Notes under the pieces: generated by a model
Seen by the model: only the letters and a program-made list of their open reading frames with translations
Database searches by the model: none
What the model was told of the DNA's origin: nothing
Part shown: positions 13,701 to 28,700 of the stretch, in pieces
Layout of the letters: the number at the start of each line of letters is the position of its first letter
How positions within the stretch are numbered: the stretch's first letter is position 1
Translations under genes and position numbers: made by a program
Assembly: GCF_001194135.2 (NCBI RefSeq)
Contig: NC_068984.1
Span: 58,146,303 to 58,210,302 of the forward strand
DNA length: 64,000 nt
Direction of reading: 5' to 3'
Source: Octopus bimaculoides
Lineage: Eukaryota

Positions 13701-16700
13701 AATCACCCAGTGTAGTAAACCTACATTAACTTTTGCACATATAGATGGATGATTGACTAACTGATATGACTATTATTATACTGATAATCAAGATCATCCA
13801 TGTGCAGCACTGCAGTTACTACAAAGCTGCAGCAAATAGTTGGTGCATTGTTTCAAAAGTTCAGTTTCTCTTTTTGGACAGCTAGACTTTGTATGTAATT
13901 GTTTCTATGAATTTATCTAATACATGTGTGTGTATGTGTATATATTTATTTTTTGTATTAACATTCTTTAGGTGTCCTGTCTAAATTGATGGCTGATCAT
14001 AAGAAAAATCCTGATAATCCAACTCTTGTGAGCAGAAGACCTACTTTATTACGGGCTTTATTCACAGTTGGTTTGTTGTGTAGGCACTTTGATTTTGATT
14101 CCAAAGATATGGGTGAAACAAAGGTAAGCTACTCTATTGTTTTGAACAACATTAATAAACAAAATCACATGAGTGACTTAGGTTATGTTTGAAATATAGA
14201 GAAAGGGTTAATATACAGTAACTTGAACTTGTTGATGATGGTAGGGAAATAGTCGTACTTAGTAGAAAGACATGTGTAATTTGTGTGAGTATAAAAAAAT
14301 GGGAATTTCAAATGCATGAAATGAATTTGAGTGATTGGTTTTAGATTGGGGTAAGGTTGGCTATGTCATTAAGAAGTTTGCTTGGCAACCACATTGCTGT
14401 GGGTTTGTTTCCATTCTGCTGCACTTTGGGCAAGTGTTTTCTGCCATAACTTTCCCTCGTGGTACATACAGTACAACCACACAACTCATAGGTAGTTATA
14501 GTTATTATAGTAAAGCAATGTGCAGCAAGTATAATACCTAATTTTTGTTGTTCAAATTTTTTTTTTCTGTTTTTCTCATTAGCATAACTTGTAATTTCAG
14601 AATCCTGATACTTTCCCATAGGATAGTCCCATAATTTTACCAGTGGATTAGTGGACTAGTAGGATTCCTAGTTCCACAGAATGAAAAAGATTAAGAGGAG
14701 CAATTTAAGAAAGAAAGGATGATTTGCATTTTTATTGCATATAAATCTTATTGTTGCCTAAGCAATAAATGATACAAAAATATCCAATAACAATCGATAC
14801 AATACTTAATGTACATATCATTCATTAGTATTTAATATGCAATTATATATATTGATCTTGCATTTTCAATAGAATTCTTCTGCTATTGCTCTGTCTTATA
14901 TTCTCTCTCTTGTCCACCCCACCTTGAATAAACAGAGGCAATGTAGAGTAGATTGGACTTTCCTGACTTGTAGGATAGAAAGCAACTTTACTTGTGCTGG
15001 TGTCAAAATAAGACAAATCTGTTAATCTATTGTTGAGGTTGGTGAACAAATGGAAACAATGTTGGGTTGAGAACACCATATATGTCTTGCTGTGGACATG
15101 ACAATATCTCTATTTCTGGTGCCACGATAAAATGCATTCAGTACACTCAGTAAAATAGTTGAGGTTAGGAAGGGCTTCCAGTCAAAAGAAATTCTGTCAA
15201 AAACGGAATGTATCAATGAAACTTGATCTCTAACCCATCTAGGAGAGTCTTATTGTTGAAGTGGCTGCTGAAACATTTCACCATACTAACTTGCCCCAGG
15301 GTTCCACAGTTTCATCTTGTACATAAATGTAACTGAGTGATCTTCATTCTCTATCAGGGAGCAGAAGTCTCCAAAATATTACATCTGATATGACCTGGTG
15401 CTTAGCACATTTGCAGTGGCCAGCAAAGCCTATTCTGTGTTGAGAAACAAGAGTAGGAATCTAGGTAGTTAATTACTTTGAATAATTGATTAGAATTGTG
15501 CCGATCTGTCCATCTCATGGTAGCATGGAAAAATGGAAAATGATGTTAATGATATATCATCAGCATCATTTTATATTCACTTTCCATACTGATATGGGTT
15601 AGATGGGTCATTACTGCTCTCCTAGATGAGTTGGAGGACCACGTCTCACTAAAAGTTTCACTTTGGATTTCTGTCTGTGGCTGGATCCCAACAACTTCAC
15701 AGAAAGTACTGAATGCATTTCATTGTGGCACCAGCACTAGAGTGGGTGTCACATTTTTGACAAGACTATCAGGTCCTCTCAAACTTACATTTTACACTCG
15801 CATGCATACATGCGCATACACACTATATGCTTGTTTATGTTCATCAATATTAGTTATTTATAAGGTGGAAAACTGGCAGAATTATTAACATGCCAGGCAA
15901 AATGCTTAGTGGCATTTCGTTCATCTTCACATTCTGAGTTCAAATTTCACCAAGGTCAACTTTACCATCGTCTTTTCAGGGTTGATGAAATAAGTACCAG
16001 TTAAACACTGGGGTTGATATAATCAACTTGCCTCATCTCCCAAAACTGCTGGCCTTGTGCCAAAATTTGAAATCAATATTCATTGTTTATGACAAATATT
16101 GGTCCTTTATTTTAAGCAACAGAAATTAGGAGTAAAGTAGTTACCTATGTTCTACAATAATTTTCAATTTATAGACAAAAATTAATAAGGATTGTATTCT
16201 GTTGATCACAGGTTTCCATTAAGGATCGGGTTTTTGATGTTCTTTCATATTTTATTGCCCACGAAGATGAAGATGTGCGCATAAAAGCTCTCACAGGTTT
16301 AGGTAAGTGAAATTTTCTTATTGGTTTTTAAAATAATATCCTTATTATAAAACTAAAATTTATGGATTTTGGATTGCTTTTTATTCATTACTTTTTAACA
16401 CAAATTAATTATCTAATTTTATAAGTTTATTCATGGTATTGAATTTTCCTTTTTTTTTGTTTCTTGGATATCAATTATGACACCATTGTACTTCAGTTAT
16501 TAATTTAGCTAATTGACATTGTTAGTCTTGTTCTTGTCTAAAAGGAGACTGTTTGAATATGAGTTTTTCTTAGTTTTTTAGTTGTTAAAAAAAGAAAATA
16601 CTTAGATAGTTTGTAGGGTTATTCCTGATACAGAATAATGGAAGAGGAAATTGAAATCAGTTTCTTATTAAATGTAGTGTATCTGCAATAAGTTTTCCAT

Positions 16701-19700
16701 ATAGGCTTACCTACAGTTTAATAAGGTAGTTTAGAGAAGAACTACTGCATATGATTTGTCAACTAAAAAGAGAAAACAGTATAGATATGTTGTGATAGGA
16801 TAAGATCAAATATGTGTTATATTCACTTGTTTTATATATGGGGCATATATCAGCATAGAATTTGCAGCAAGATATTGTTGGTTAATTTAAATAGGGTCAA
16901 CTTATCCATCATTGTGTTGAACAATATTCTTTGGTTCCCTATCAATTTGCCATGTTTCTTTGTCTCCTATTAAATGACTCAGTTTCTCTTTTAATTGAAT
17001 ATTCTATTGTACTTGGGATATGACTAAAGTATAAATTTAAATATAAAAGAAGTAAATTTAAGAAAAGGAAAAATATTGTCTTATTTATCAAATTTTACTC
17101 TGTTGTCACATTTTTAAACAAGTTCTTGTAGAAAATTAATAAAAGTTTAATTTCACTAATAAATGAATCCATTTGTGGTTTATAACTTTTAACTCAGTTT
17201 CTAACCCATAACAAAACAAGTGTCAGCTTATTATGTATCTTCTACATTTGCTGTAAATTTAAAATTAAATGTTCGTTAGACTTCTTGGTTTTCACTGAAA
17301 GTGACAATTGACATTTGTCTATTAAGTTGTAATTCTTAGATGTTATTCATTTAGTTGAATTGTTAATGCATTTGAAAAAAATGCTTTGTGGTATTCATTG
17401 CAGTTCATACTGAGTTAAAATTTTGACAAGTGCAACTTAGTTTTTTATCCTTTCAGAGCTGATAAAATAGTCAATCAAGTACTGGGATTGATAGCATTGA
17501 AACTTTTGGCCTTGAGCCTAAATTACAAACAAATATGTATAACAAAACGTCACCTTTGTTTAAAATGAAACTTTACTGTTATAAAGCAATCTAGGTTCGA
17601 GTATTCTATTAATTATATTGGAAAGAATATAAGCATATAGATATTTCAAAATGGAGCTACTACTACCTTTTTACTTCTACTGATTTGCCAATCAAGAAGT
17701 TTTTAAACAATTAATGCTTTAAGAATTCCTAGAATATTAAAAAAAACACAAAAAAGCATTTCATGACTTATTTGCCTTGATTACATGGGAATATGACAGA
17801 TAATTCAGATAATAAAGTATAGTTTCAGTATAACTGTTTGAGCTCATCTTGAAATTGTATTTTGTTTTAGGTTTCATGTGTATCCGTCATTATGAGTACA
17901 TGCTTGGGAGGACCCTTAAGGAGCTTTATTATTATCTTCTGACTGACTATAATGCATCAATGAAACTAAAAATTCAAGTATGTTTTTCTTTGTTCTTTAA
18001 GTATATTTTACCAATTAAAATATTACTTACAGTTGATACATGAAATAGTTAATTAATACATTCATCTAAGGAAATGTGTGCATTAGTCACACATTCTCAT
18101 ACACAAAACATCACTCCATCTTGTGTGATTTGTTTATGTCAAAGGTAAAGATTTATTAGGTTCATTGCAACATAAGAAACATGAAGTTTTAAGAATGTTT
18201 ATGGTACTTGTATCTGCTAATTTAAAATTTTCTAAAGAATTTAAATATCATAGATAAAAACTTCTTTAGATGAAACTATATTGGAATGAGATTAAAATTC
18301 TTGACAATGATTTAAAAAATTTTTTATGTATATGTTTGTGCTAAATTATATTGTTTCCTATGTCTTTGTAGACATATTGTAGCAATTATTATTCTTTTTT
18401 TAATGTAGGCTTTGAAAAACCTTCATGGTTATTTAGTTGAAGAAGAAGTCAAGATGATTCAAGCTGATGCAGAATGTAAGTTTCCTGAGTTTGACTATTT
18501 TACAATCTTTTATTCTTAATTTGTAATATAGGTTTGTAATTTAATTCATTTGATCTTTAAGATTTAAAATTAATTGATGTGAAAATGTCAAATAAATACC
18601 AAATATTGATATGAGAGTGGGGTTATTTTCTTCATTAAAAATATCTGATTAGCTTTATTCTTTCCTTGATTAACTATTAATAGATTATTTTATAATATTT
18701 ATTTTCATTAATCAGTAAAATTTGCTATTCATACTTTGTTAAAAGAAAGTTTTGTTGCTTTTTGTTTAAGATAAATAAAAAGATATTCTTGATTATTCAT
18801 CCATAATTCTTCTGTAGAAAGTGTATGATATCTGCAAATATACAGTAGATAAACAAGATAAAGAATAGTAGTTCAATTCTAAAGATTTTGGGAAGTATAC
18901 AGTTATGTAGACTCAGTTGTTTTAATCTCAAGCATTTCTTTGGCATTGTTAGTAACATCTATTCATTTTGTGCCATTTAGTGTGGAGTTTAAACTGCTTT
19001 TGCATTCATAAAAGGATTTATCCTTAATACTGAATCAGGAAGCTGCCAAGCAGTATGTCACTTATATAATCTAGATAGTTAATTGTCATTGAAATGTTGT
19101 GGCTATCTTTAAAGTCTGAAATGTTGAGTTTAGTAGAATTTTAGCATTTTGGTTCTGATAACCCTGAACATAATGTTCTTGGGGATGAGTTACATAGTTT
19201 CAGCATCCAGTGATCCACTGTAGTTGGAGGGAAGAAATTATCTGTTGGAAGATATTTGAAGTAATTGTGATTTGTGTTTTTGAAATGTTAAATAGCTGCT
19301 CTTGCAAGTGGCAGTTAGTTTTCAATGTTGTGATTTACAATTAATATTATTTTTCTCTCAGGGAGAAAACAGTGTAAAGCTGAAGATCTAAGAGACATGG
19401 GTGACGTACAGTCTGGGTATGTTGATATTTTCTCAATTTCTAATATTTGTTGATTTTTGAATTCACTCTGATGGTGGGTGGCTGTGATGACAGAAATAAA
19501 AGTAGAACTAAACTTTTAGTGTTTTTATTGTGGCTGTAGGCACAAGAAAACTACAATTCAACATAATGAGCCAACAAGAAGCAAACTTTACAATACTGCC
19601 ATTTTTGCAGAAGCAAAGTATTCCACTGTGTTATAACCATTATATCTTAACAGGTTGAGCATTTGAAAGTTAAGTGTCCTGATCATAGATACTGCACAAA

Positions 19701-22700
19701 GCAGGCAATAAAATGCTGACACTCAGCCCCTAATAATTTAGTAAAGATTCAGTAAGCATATTGCCACGTGTGTGTGTATTTACACCCAAGCATCCATTAT
19801 ACATGGATGGTGTTTTTGAATGTATATGAAAAGATGAGATAATATATATGTTACACAATCTTTCTGCTAATATATATAAAACACTTTGTTTCATTTGTCT
19901 AGCTTGCATGTGGTAGTGAGAGCTGCTCTGTTTCCATTGATGTTTAAAGTAATTTTTTTTCAGTTTTAATCACTCTTTCACAACTGCTGCCAAAAGTACA
20001 CAAAACAGAGACTTCATGAAATGGAAGCCATATGTGTGTGCATAATTTTTATCATCCAGATATTTGATTTGTTGCAGGCTACATTGGGTTACAAACTATC
20101 AATTGTATAATTTAGTTTACTGCATCAACATCCAAAACCCGATAAATTTGGTTGCTGAATTTTCTTTGATCACAATGAAACTTATGTTAAATGTTTTTAA
20201 TGAAATTACATAGCATATGATGTAATTTTTATTTCATTCCTGTTCTGTTTTATTTCAGAATGGCTAGTACAATAATACAAGTTTATCTCAAACAGATTCT
20301 TGAATCTTTTATTTGTGCCAATTCTCAAGTACGTGGAGCTGCATTGGATGTTATACATCTTGTTCTACGACAAGGCCTAATTCATCCTGTACAAGTAGGT
20401 GTCATTGCACTTTTTTCATTGAAAACAGTAGCGTTTATTTTTGAAATAAAGAAGTTCATAATTTTTGAACAAAGATCATAAATGTTAGGTAATGACTGAA
20501 AGAGTATAATTGCAAACACAAGCAGTTGAAATAGGGTTCTTCCAAACGAGCTCTGGAGTAATGTTACTTAACAGGGTGGGTGGCTTGGAGATCAGGGAGT
20601 CTCTCTAGATTGAGCTGCTACTTTTCGGCATTGAGAGGTCACAGCTCTGGTACTATGGGCATGTGATTAGAATGTTGCAGGAAAGAATTGCAAGATGGAT
20701 TCTTCCGGCTGAGCCAACCAGCAGGAGACCAAGAACAAGATGAATAATACCCAAAATCTCAGTTGGTCACACACATGGGAATTCAGCTGGGAATTGTAAT
20801 GACAGTTGGTTCTGATTGGACCCTATGTAGGAGGTGCCTGAAGACTCTAACCCCATCATCTCCACATGACCTTCTCAGGAATAGTGGGTGAAGAAAATGA
20901 CTGGAAGCAAATAATGTAATGTTTGTTGCACCACCAAAAACACTGTTGGGTTTCTCCTATATTAGATTCTATATTCAGCATTTTCTATAACTGCTTAGCT
21001 TGTATTCAGTTAAATCTGCAACAGACATGTATATTGTATCAGTTGATGGTTGCAACTTTTCTCCGTTTTTAATCTTCTATATATTACTTTGCACAAATGT
21101 TTCATTGCTGACATGGAGGGGATGGCTATTGGAAATTTGTGTGTCTGTATATTGTTGGAGCTGTTGAATTTACATTTAGCTGTTCTTCATAAGCATTCAG
21201 TTGTAAAGTAGAATTGGGACATTATTGTCAGCCATGAAATCTAAGGCTTCCAGGATTAGGCGTATAATCTGAAGAGCATAACATAATAAATAAGGCATGA
21301 GTCAACATTATCAGCACAATAACTCTGTGCTTAACCTAACAGCTATTGTCACAACAAATAAGTTAAAAAGTAAACTTGATTAGTTATATTTTGTGGAGCT
21401 GCAGCATAGAATAAATTCTTTTAGGTCAGGGAATGACAATGAATTTGCAATTATAGACACACTCATAAATGAATAATAACTAATTACAATACTCTAGATA
21501 TGTGATAAGCATGAACAATGTTACATGCTATGGTTGAAGTATTATAAGCCAGATTTAAGTTATTTTTTACTCTCTGGATGATTCAGGCCTGGCTGTATTT
21601 AACAAAAGAATACATGATACAGAAAAAGTGAAGTTAAAAATTGTTGTAAAATTGGGTCTAAGATGATGATCATTTCCAAATAATATTGTTGATATATATT
21701 AAATTCAATCCATTTTTAGTTACTAACTCAATCAGTAGCATTGTTTTCATCAATATCTTCATCATCATCATCATCGTCGTCGTTTAACGTCCACTTTCCA
21801 TGCTAGCATTGGTTGGACGATTTGACTGAGGACTGGTGAACCAGATGGCTACACCAGGCTCCAATCTGATTTGGCAGAGTTTCTACAGCTGGATACCTTT
21901 CCTAACACCAACCACTCCAAGAGTGTAGTGGGTGCTTTTACGTGCCACCAGCACGAAGGCCAGTCAGGTGGTACACTGTGTTCCACCCACTTGTAACAAG
22001 AAAATTCTTTACACATCCTACCCCAACAAACCAAACTACATCTCTACTCTTACTCACATGCCCTCTTTCATGCACTATGCTTATCTCTCACTCCCCAACC
22101 CTGTTCACCTTATCATTACTATCCAGTCACCCCCTCCTCCTCCACATACCCAGGTTTTCACCACTTGTTACATTCCCCTCCCCCACTCTCTACTCATGGT
22201 TCTTTAGCAATGCCCTGCCACTTATATTATGACCTCCATATCTTAAGGGTATGCCCTGATATTTGCAATTGTCTCCCCCCCCCCCNNNNNNNNNNNNNNN
22301 NNNNNNNNNNNNNNNNNNNNNNNNNNNNNNNNNNNNNNNNNNNNNNNNNNNNNNNNNNNNNNNNNNNNNNNNNNNNNNNNNNNNNNNNNNNNNNNNNNNN
22401 NNNNNNNNNNNNNNNNNNNNNNNNNNNNNNNNNNNNNNNNNNNNNNNNNNNNNNNNNNNNNNNNNNNNNNNNNNNNNNNNNNNNGTAACTATGTATCTTC
22501 CCTACAGCAAGATGCTTGTTTCTATCTTTCTGTCTCACTATAACCTTTCATCATCTGATACAAGATCCTCTCCTCCAATGCCCCTTCGTCTCTCAAAAGA
22601 TCCTTGTCTTGCAAGTTACTTGATGACCCTGCCAGTGCTGGTGCCACTTTAAAAGCATCCAGTCCACACTGTAAAGTAGTTGGTGTTTGGAAGGGCATCC

Positions 22701-25700
22701 AGCTGTAAAAATTATGCCAAGCTGATCTCACCTCTGCTTGTGCCACGTAAAAAGCACTCAGTCTACTCTGCGGAGTGATTGGTGTTAGGAAGGGCATCCA
22801 GCTATAAAATCCCTGCCAAAACAGACACAGAAGTCTGGTGCAGGCTCCTGCTTGGTCAGCTCCGCCCTGGCCGGCTCCTGTCAGACTGTCCAACCCATGC
22901 TAGCATGGAAGGAGGACTTTAAATGACGATGATGATGTCTGTATAACAATTTACCTTAGAGGAATTCATATGAGTTAGCTGCGTGAAATTTGTCATTTAT
23001 TGTCCTAGACATATAAATTATGTCTGTTAGAATCTTAGAAATTGTATTCATGTGTGTATGGGAGGGCTACAGGCTGATGAGAATAATAACTGCTTTGAAC
23101 AATAACAGATATCAGCTAACAACAACTGGTGAGTGTGTTTATAGGTTTTGTTGGTTATGATTTTTCTGAAATATAACAGTATTAGTTTCAGGACACAAAT
23201 TCAGATTAAAATATAATATCTTGGGTTCCCGTCTTACATTCAGACTTTCCACTGTGAAATACCTGCTTCAGTAGCTTATCTGGATTTACATAATTTTCAT
23301 TAATAGATACTGGTATGGCTATGTAGTTAGGAAGTTTAATTCAGAATTATGTGGTTTTGGATTATTCATTTGTTTACTAGGAAATAAGTAAAGTTTTGGT
23401 GAAAAGAAGAGCATTTAGCCATAGAGAAATCTGCCTCAAGAAACTTTTGTCTTGTGCAAGCATGGAAAATTGATGTTAAAAATGGTTGTGTTGATTATGA
23501 TTCAAATGGGATTTTTTGGTTTAGAGCATGTATGATATAGAGAAAGGGAGAAGGAGCAGAAGTAACTACTGTAAAATTAATACCATAAAACCTTGATTTT
23601 TCAGTGTGTACCTTACCTTATAACTATGGGAACAGAAAGTGATGCTGCTGTCAGGATTAAAGCTGATCAACAGCTACAAGAGATAGATAAGAAATATCCT
23701 GGTTTCATTCATGTAAGCTTATTTATGTGTAGCAAACCTTTAGATGACTTTATAAAACTAATAGTGTATGTTATTAATAAAAACTAGAATTGTCACTAAG
23801 TTCTCAGTTATATATACTTTAATGTCATGATATCTGATTCCAAGCTAAAATACCAATTAAAATGTATAGATAAAAAATAAAAGAATTTTGTCAATTGCAT
23901 TTTTAAAATCAACATTATTTTGTCATTGAAATTCTTATTTTAAATTAAAATTTTTCAGAAATATGAGATAAATAATTTTGTAAAATCTAATTTTTATGAA
24001 ATAGAAATACATTTTCCTGATTATAATAATGGAATCAAATGAATTGAAAGTTCTATAAACTTCAAAATTAATTTTTCTTTTGTTTTTAGATTGTAGATAA
24101 ATTAAAAATTATTTTCTGGAGGTAAAATCAGTATGATGTATTTGCATATTATTTTCATAATTTTTTTTTTTTTAGTATAGTTGTTGATCATAAAATATCT
24201 GTACACTTATTTTCATGTATTCAATTTGGGATTATTTTTGCTTTTCATTAGATGAAGGCTCTTCAAGGAATTAAGATGTCCTACAAAATACAAAGTATCA
24301 TTCAAGACCCCTCAGAGCCGGTCCGTGGCCTTAGAAACATGGATAATTCCTATCAAAGTCTAAATGCATTCCTTTACACTGTCCTTAGAGGAAACAGACA
24401 ACACAGGCGAGGGCTTCTCACTTCAGTGTTAAATTTATTTGATGATTCTGCTGTAAGTCACTAATATTTCATTCGGTTATTTTCTTTGAGCAATGTCTCA
24501 AAAAGATCTAAAAAATAAAAAAAAAAAATGTTAATCTTTTTAGTTACTAAAAATATGTTTTCTAGCATTTAATCCTTAGTTTGTTTTAATATGTTATGCA
24601 AATTTGTACATATCTTATTGCTTTACTTTGCATAAATGTTAGAACAAGTTGTTTATGGATGTGTAATTCTTAATTATGATTTCATTTGACATGGTAAATA
24701 TAGTCCCTGTGACATTTGGAAATGAATCTGAGAAAAAAATAATTAAAGAGTCCATTATATATATATTTTTTTTTGACTGTTGTTAGCAATATTGATATCT
24801 TTACCACTGAGTAACACTGGTACTTCTATTTTTAGCTAGGTTTAGTTTTAGTCCAATAAACAGATATTTTAGTGTTAGATATTCTTTATAACAAAGAAAA
24901 AAATTGAATCAAGTCATCGTCATCATTGTTGTTGTTGCTGCCATTGCTATCTCTTTTATTTTCTATGCTGGTATTGGTTGGGTATTGGGTATGTTTACCA
25001 TACACTACCAGTTGCGATCCTTTATTATTTTATCTGTGAGAGGCAGCATCCTGAGGTTTTGTATCTTTTGTGTATCTTTTTGCTTGCACTGACTACGGCA
25101 TAGTATTAAGTTTCTACCAACTGTCATCCTTACATCAAGCAAAGCCACTTCACAAATGGTATTGATATTTTGTGCTTTGTGTCTCTAATTAGAACTTTTG
25201 GTATTTGCCATGTTGCCTTTCAAACTTTGGACTCTGAAACATTCATCATCATCATCATCATCATCGTTTAACGTCCGCTTTCCATGCTAGCATGGGTTGG
25301 ACGATTTGACTGAGGACTGGTGAAACCGGATGGCAACACCAGGCTCCAGTCTGATTTGGCAGAGTTTCTACAGCTGGATGCCCTTCCTAACGCCAACCAC
25401 TCAGAGAGTGTAGTGGGTGCTTTTACGTGTCACCCGCACGAAAACGGCCACGCTCGAAATGGTGTCTTTTATGTGCCACCCGCACAAGCCAGTCCAGGGG
25501 CACTGGCAACGATCTCGCTCGAAAATCCTACGGGAGCCAGTCAGGCGGTGCTGGCAACGGCCACGCTCAAAATGGTGCATCTCATGTGCCACCCGCACAA
25601 GAACCAGTCCAGNNNNNNNNNNTCCAGGGGCACTGGCAACGATCTCGCTCGAAAATCCTACGGGAGCCAGTCAGGCGGTGCTGGCAACGGCCACGCTCAA

Positions 25701-28700
25701 AATGGTGCATCTCATGTGCCACCCGCACAAGAACCAGTCCAGGGGCACTGGCAACGATCTTACTTGGCTTGCCGGGTCTTCTCACGCACAGCACATTTCC
25801 AAAGGTCTCGGTCCGTAGTCATCGCCTCGGTGAGGCCCAATTCTTCTAGGATTTTTTTTTTTTTTTTTTTTGTAGTTCCCCAGGTTATAAAATTTCAAAC
25901 CTCTCTTATGAAAAAAGTAGATACAAACATAGTGAAGAGGATGGTGTCAGTTTATATTGGTGATGATTGAGGGTGGTGATGTTTAGTTCATAAATAAGAT
26001 ATTTGTTATGATATTGAGATTTCACTGATTCTTAAAGAAAGGAAAACAAAACAACTGAATGCAAAATGAAGGTTTCTGATGTTGAATTTGTCAAATAAAC
26101 GTTTTCATTTGTCTTATTTAATTGCACTCTATATTATCATTTGATGATATTTTATTATTTCAGAGAGTATCATTAGAAGAGTTGTTATATGTTGCTGACA
26201 ATTTGGCGTTCTTTCCTTACCAAACACAAGATGAACCTTTATTTATCATTCACCAAATAGACATCATTGTATCAGTCTCAGGATCAAATTTGTTACAGTC
26301 TTTCAAAGAAGTAAGTATTTTTCTTTCTTTGTTCAGAATTTTTTTTATAATACTTGATTGTTATTGTTTCCAGTACATTAAGAAAATTGATAGAAATTTC
26401 TTGTAAAACATGAACCCTTTAGCATTCTCACATTGTTTTAATTAATCACGCATTATCTTGCAGTTTCAATATTTCGATGAAGTGATTGTTTATTTTCAAA
26501 ATAACATTGTAGAATAGGTATGAGAGGTCAGATCTAGCCAGTTTGAAGACAAACCATATGGAATATTTGGGCCAGATTTAGCTGGTCAAAATGCTAAAGG
26601 GTTAAAGTAATTTGCACTGAAAATTGATGAGTATTTCTTTTGTCTGTTTTTATTAATTTAAACTTTAACTTTACTTATTAACTTCATGATATGAAATGCT
26701 TCTTTTTTTTTGCGTTGTTTCTTAACATACTTGATGGTTTCTTCTCTATTACTTGCAAATGTATTTTGAAAACCAGGGAAAAAATTTATATAATATTGCT
26801 TTTTTTTTTGTTTGTTTCAGGGAATATTTATGAAAAATAACTCAAATCAAAATAGTGATAAAAAGAAAAAAGATTTTTATGATGATGAAGAGGAAGAAGA
26901 TATAGAAACTTTAATGGGTAATGCCATTACATTTGTATGTTCAGTTATCTTTGGCTGTAATTGTGAAATAAATATAAAGAGTAATAAAGTCTTTTAGTAT
27001 TACATTAATTTAACAAATGGGGTGCAATGTGTTAAACAATAGAAAATGATTAAAGTAGTTTTGCATTAAATGACATAACCGAATGTAAAGTGGAACAGTT
27101 AAGATGTTCACTTGACAGTTATGTAGTTTCTAATGTGTGGCGCTTTTGGGTAGGTCTATGTTTCCACTACCTCTGGTAACCTGAGCCATGTAAGTGAAAT
27201 TGGGTCGGCAGAAACTTTGCAGAATCTCTCAAGATTCTGCTTATTCTGTCATATTGTCTAATCCTTTTGATACCAACCTGTCCAAGATTGCATCAGGTTC
27301 TATGACACAAACTTCATGTTTAAAGTGATCTAAATCAAACCCTTCTTTCAAAATTTCATGTTAATTTATGTTTCAAACACCAGGTTAATTATGACAAAGT
27401 TCCTTTACTAAATTCTTCAGTATTTTCAAAATTAATTGAAACAAATGTAGTGTATTTCAAAAGAAATATGGTAACAAAAGGGTTAATACAGTTCTATATT
27501 TAAGAGATGAGGAATTCTGTACATTATTTACATTTACATTTGATGGATAGTTGTCCTCCTCTTGTTTGTTGTTAACACAACGTTTCAGCTAATATACCCT
27601 CCAGACTTCTACTAGTGTCTTGAAACTTCGGACCTAGGTTCTCATTCCTAAGGTATTTTTCGATGTTACTATTATTATTCAGGTCACTGCCTGGAATTGA
27701 ACTCGGAATCTTGAGTTTGATTCCAGACAGTGACCTGAATAATAATAATAATATCAAAAAATACCGTAGGAATGAGAACCCAGGTTTGAAATTTCCTCAA
27801 GACACCTGATGAAAGCTGGGGGGGGGGGGGTATATCAGCTGAAATGTTGGGTTAACAACAAACAAGATGAGGACAAATATCCGTCAAATGGGATTGATGT
27901 AATCAATTAACTCCCTCCACCAAAATTTCAGGCTGTGTGTGTATAATGGAAAGGACTATCAATTTTCAGTTTACTAACCCTTTTGATACCAACCCACCTA
28001 AGACCACCTTGGTTCTATATGATATAAACTTCTTGTCTTACAGTGATCTAAATTAAAACTTTCCCTCAAAATTTCATGCTAAGATGTTCTAAGCATCAAC
28101 TTAATAACAAGAAAATGATTTTACTAAATTCTTCATTATTTTCAAAATTAATTGAAGCAAAAGCACTGTATGTCAACAGAAATATGGTAATAAAGGGGTT
28201 AAGATGTCTGAAATAGTAATTGTTAGTTTTGTTGCCTTATTAAATATTCATGTTTCATTTTACATTTCAGAAAAACTGCAAAGTTGCAACATTCAACCTT
28301 TGCAAGAAATTTGCAGAATTTCCCAGGGCTGTATTCTTTTATTGGTATTAAAACAGCATTTAAAAGATTTATATGGCTTCACTGACAGGTAAGGTTCAGT
28401 TTAATTCAAGACATTTCAACAAACTCTGTAAGGTAGTACTCCAGCGTGACCACAGTCTAATGACTGAAACAAGTAAAATATGTAATTATTTATGATGTCT
28501 TTTGGTTTCATAATGATTTTACTGTAGTTTTTATGGCCTGAACAGAGAGTGATAACGTTGATGTGGTTGTTGTTTAGCTTAAACTTCTCCAGAGAAAACT
28601 TGGCCTGAGTGGAAACTTCAGAACACTACAGTACTAAACAGAAAATGTTTGATATAAGCTTTGGAGGAGTGAGAAGCTGTTGGGATTATGAGAAAAAAGG

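Noticed and set aside
25492-25760. Exact ~120-bp tandem repeat and the 216-aa ORF at 25320-25970
   Set aside because: It lies in an RTE 3'UTR across a 10-N gap. The copy number is unreliable (possible contig overlap), and the ORF is a by-product of GC-rich repeat sequence.
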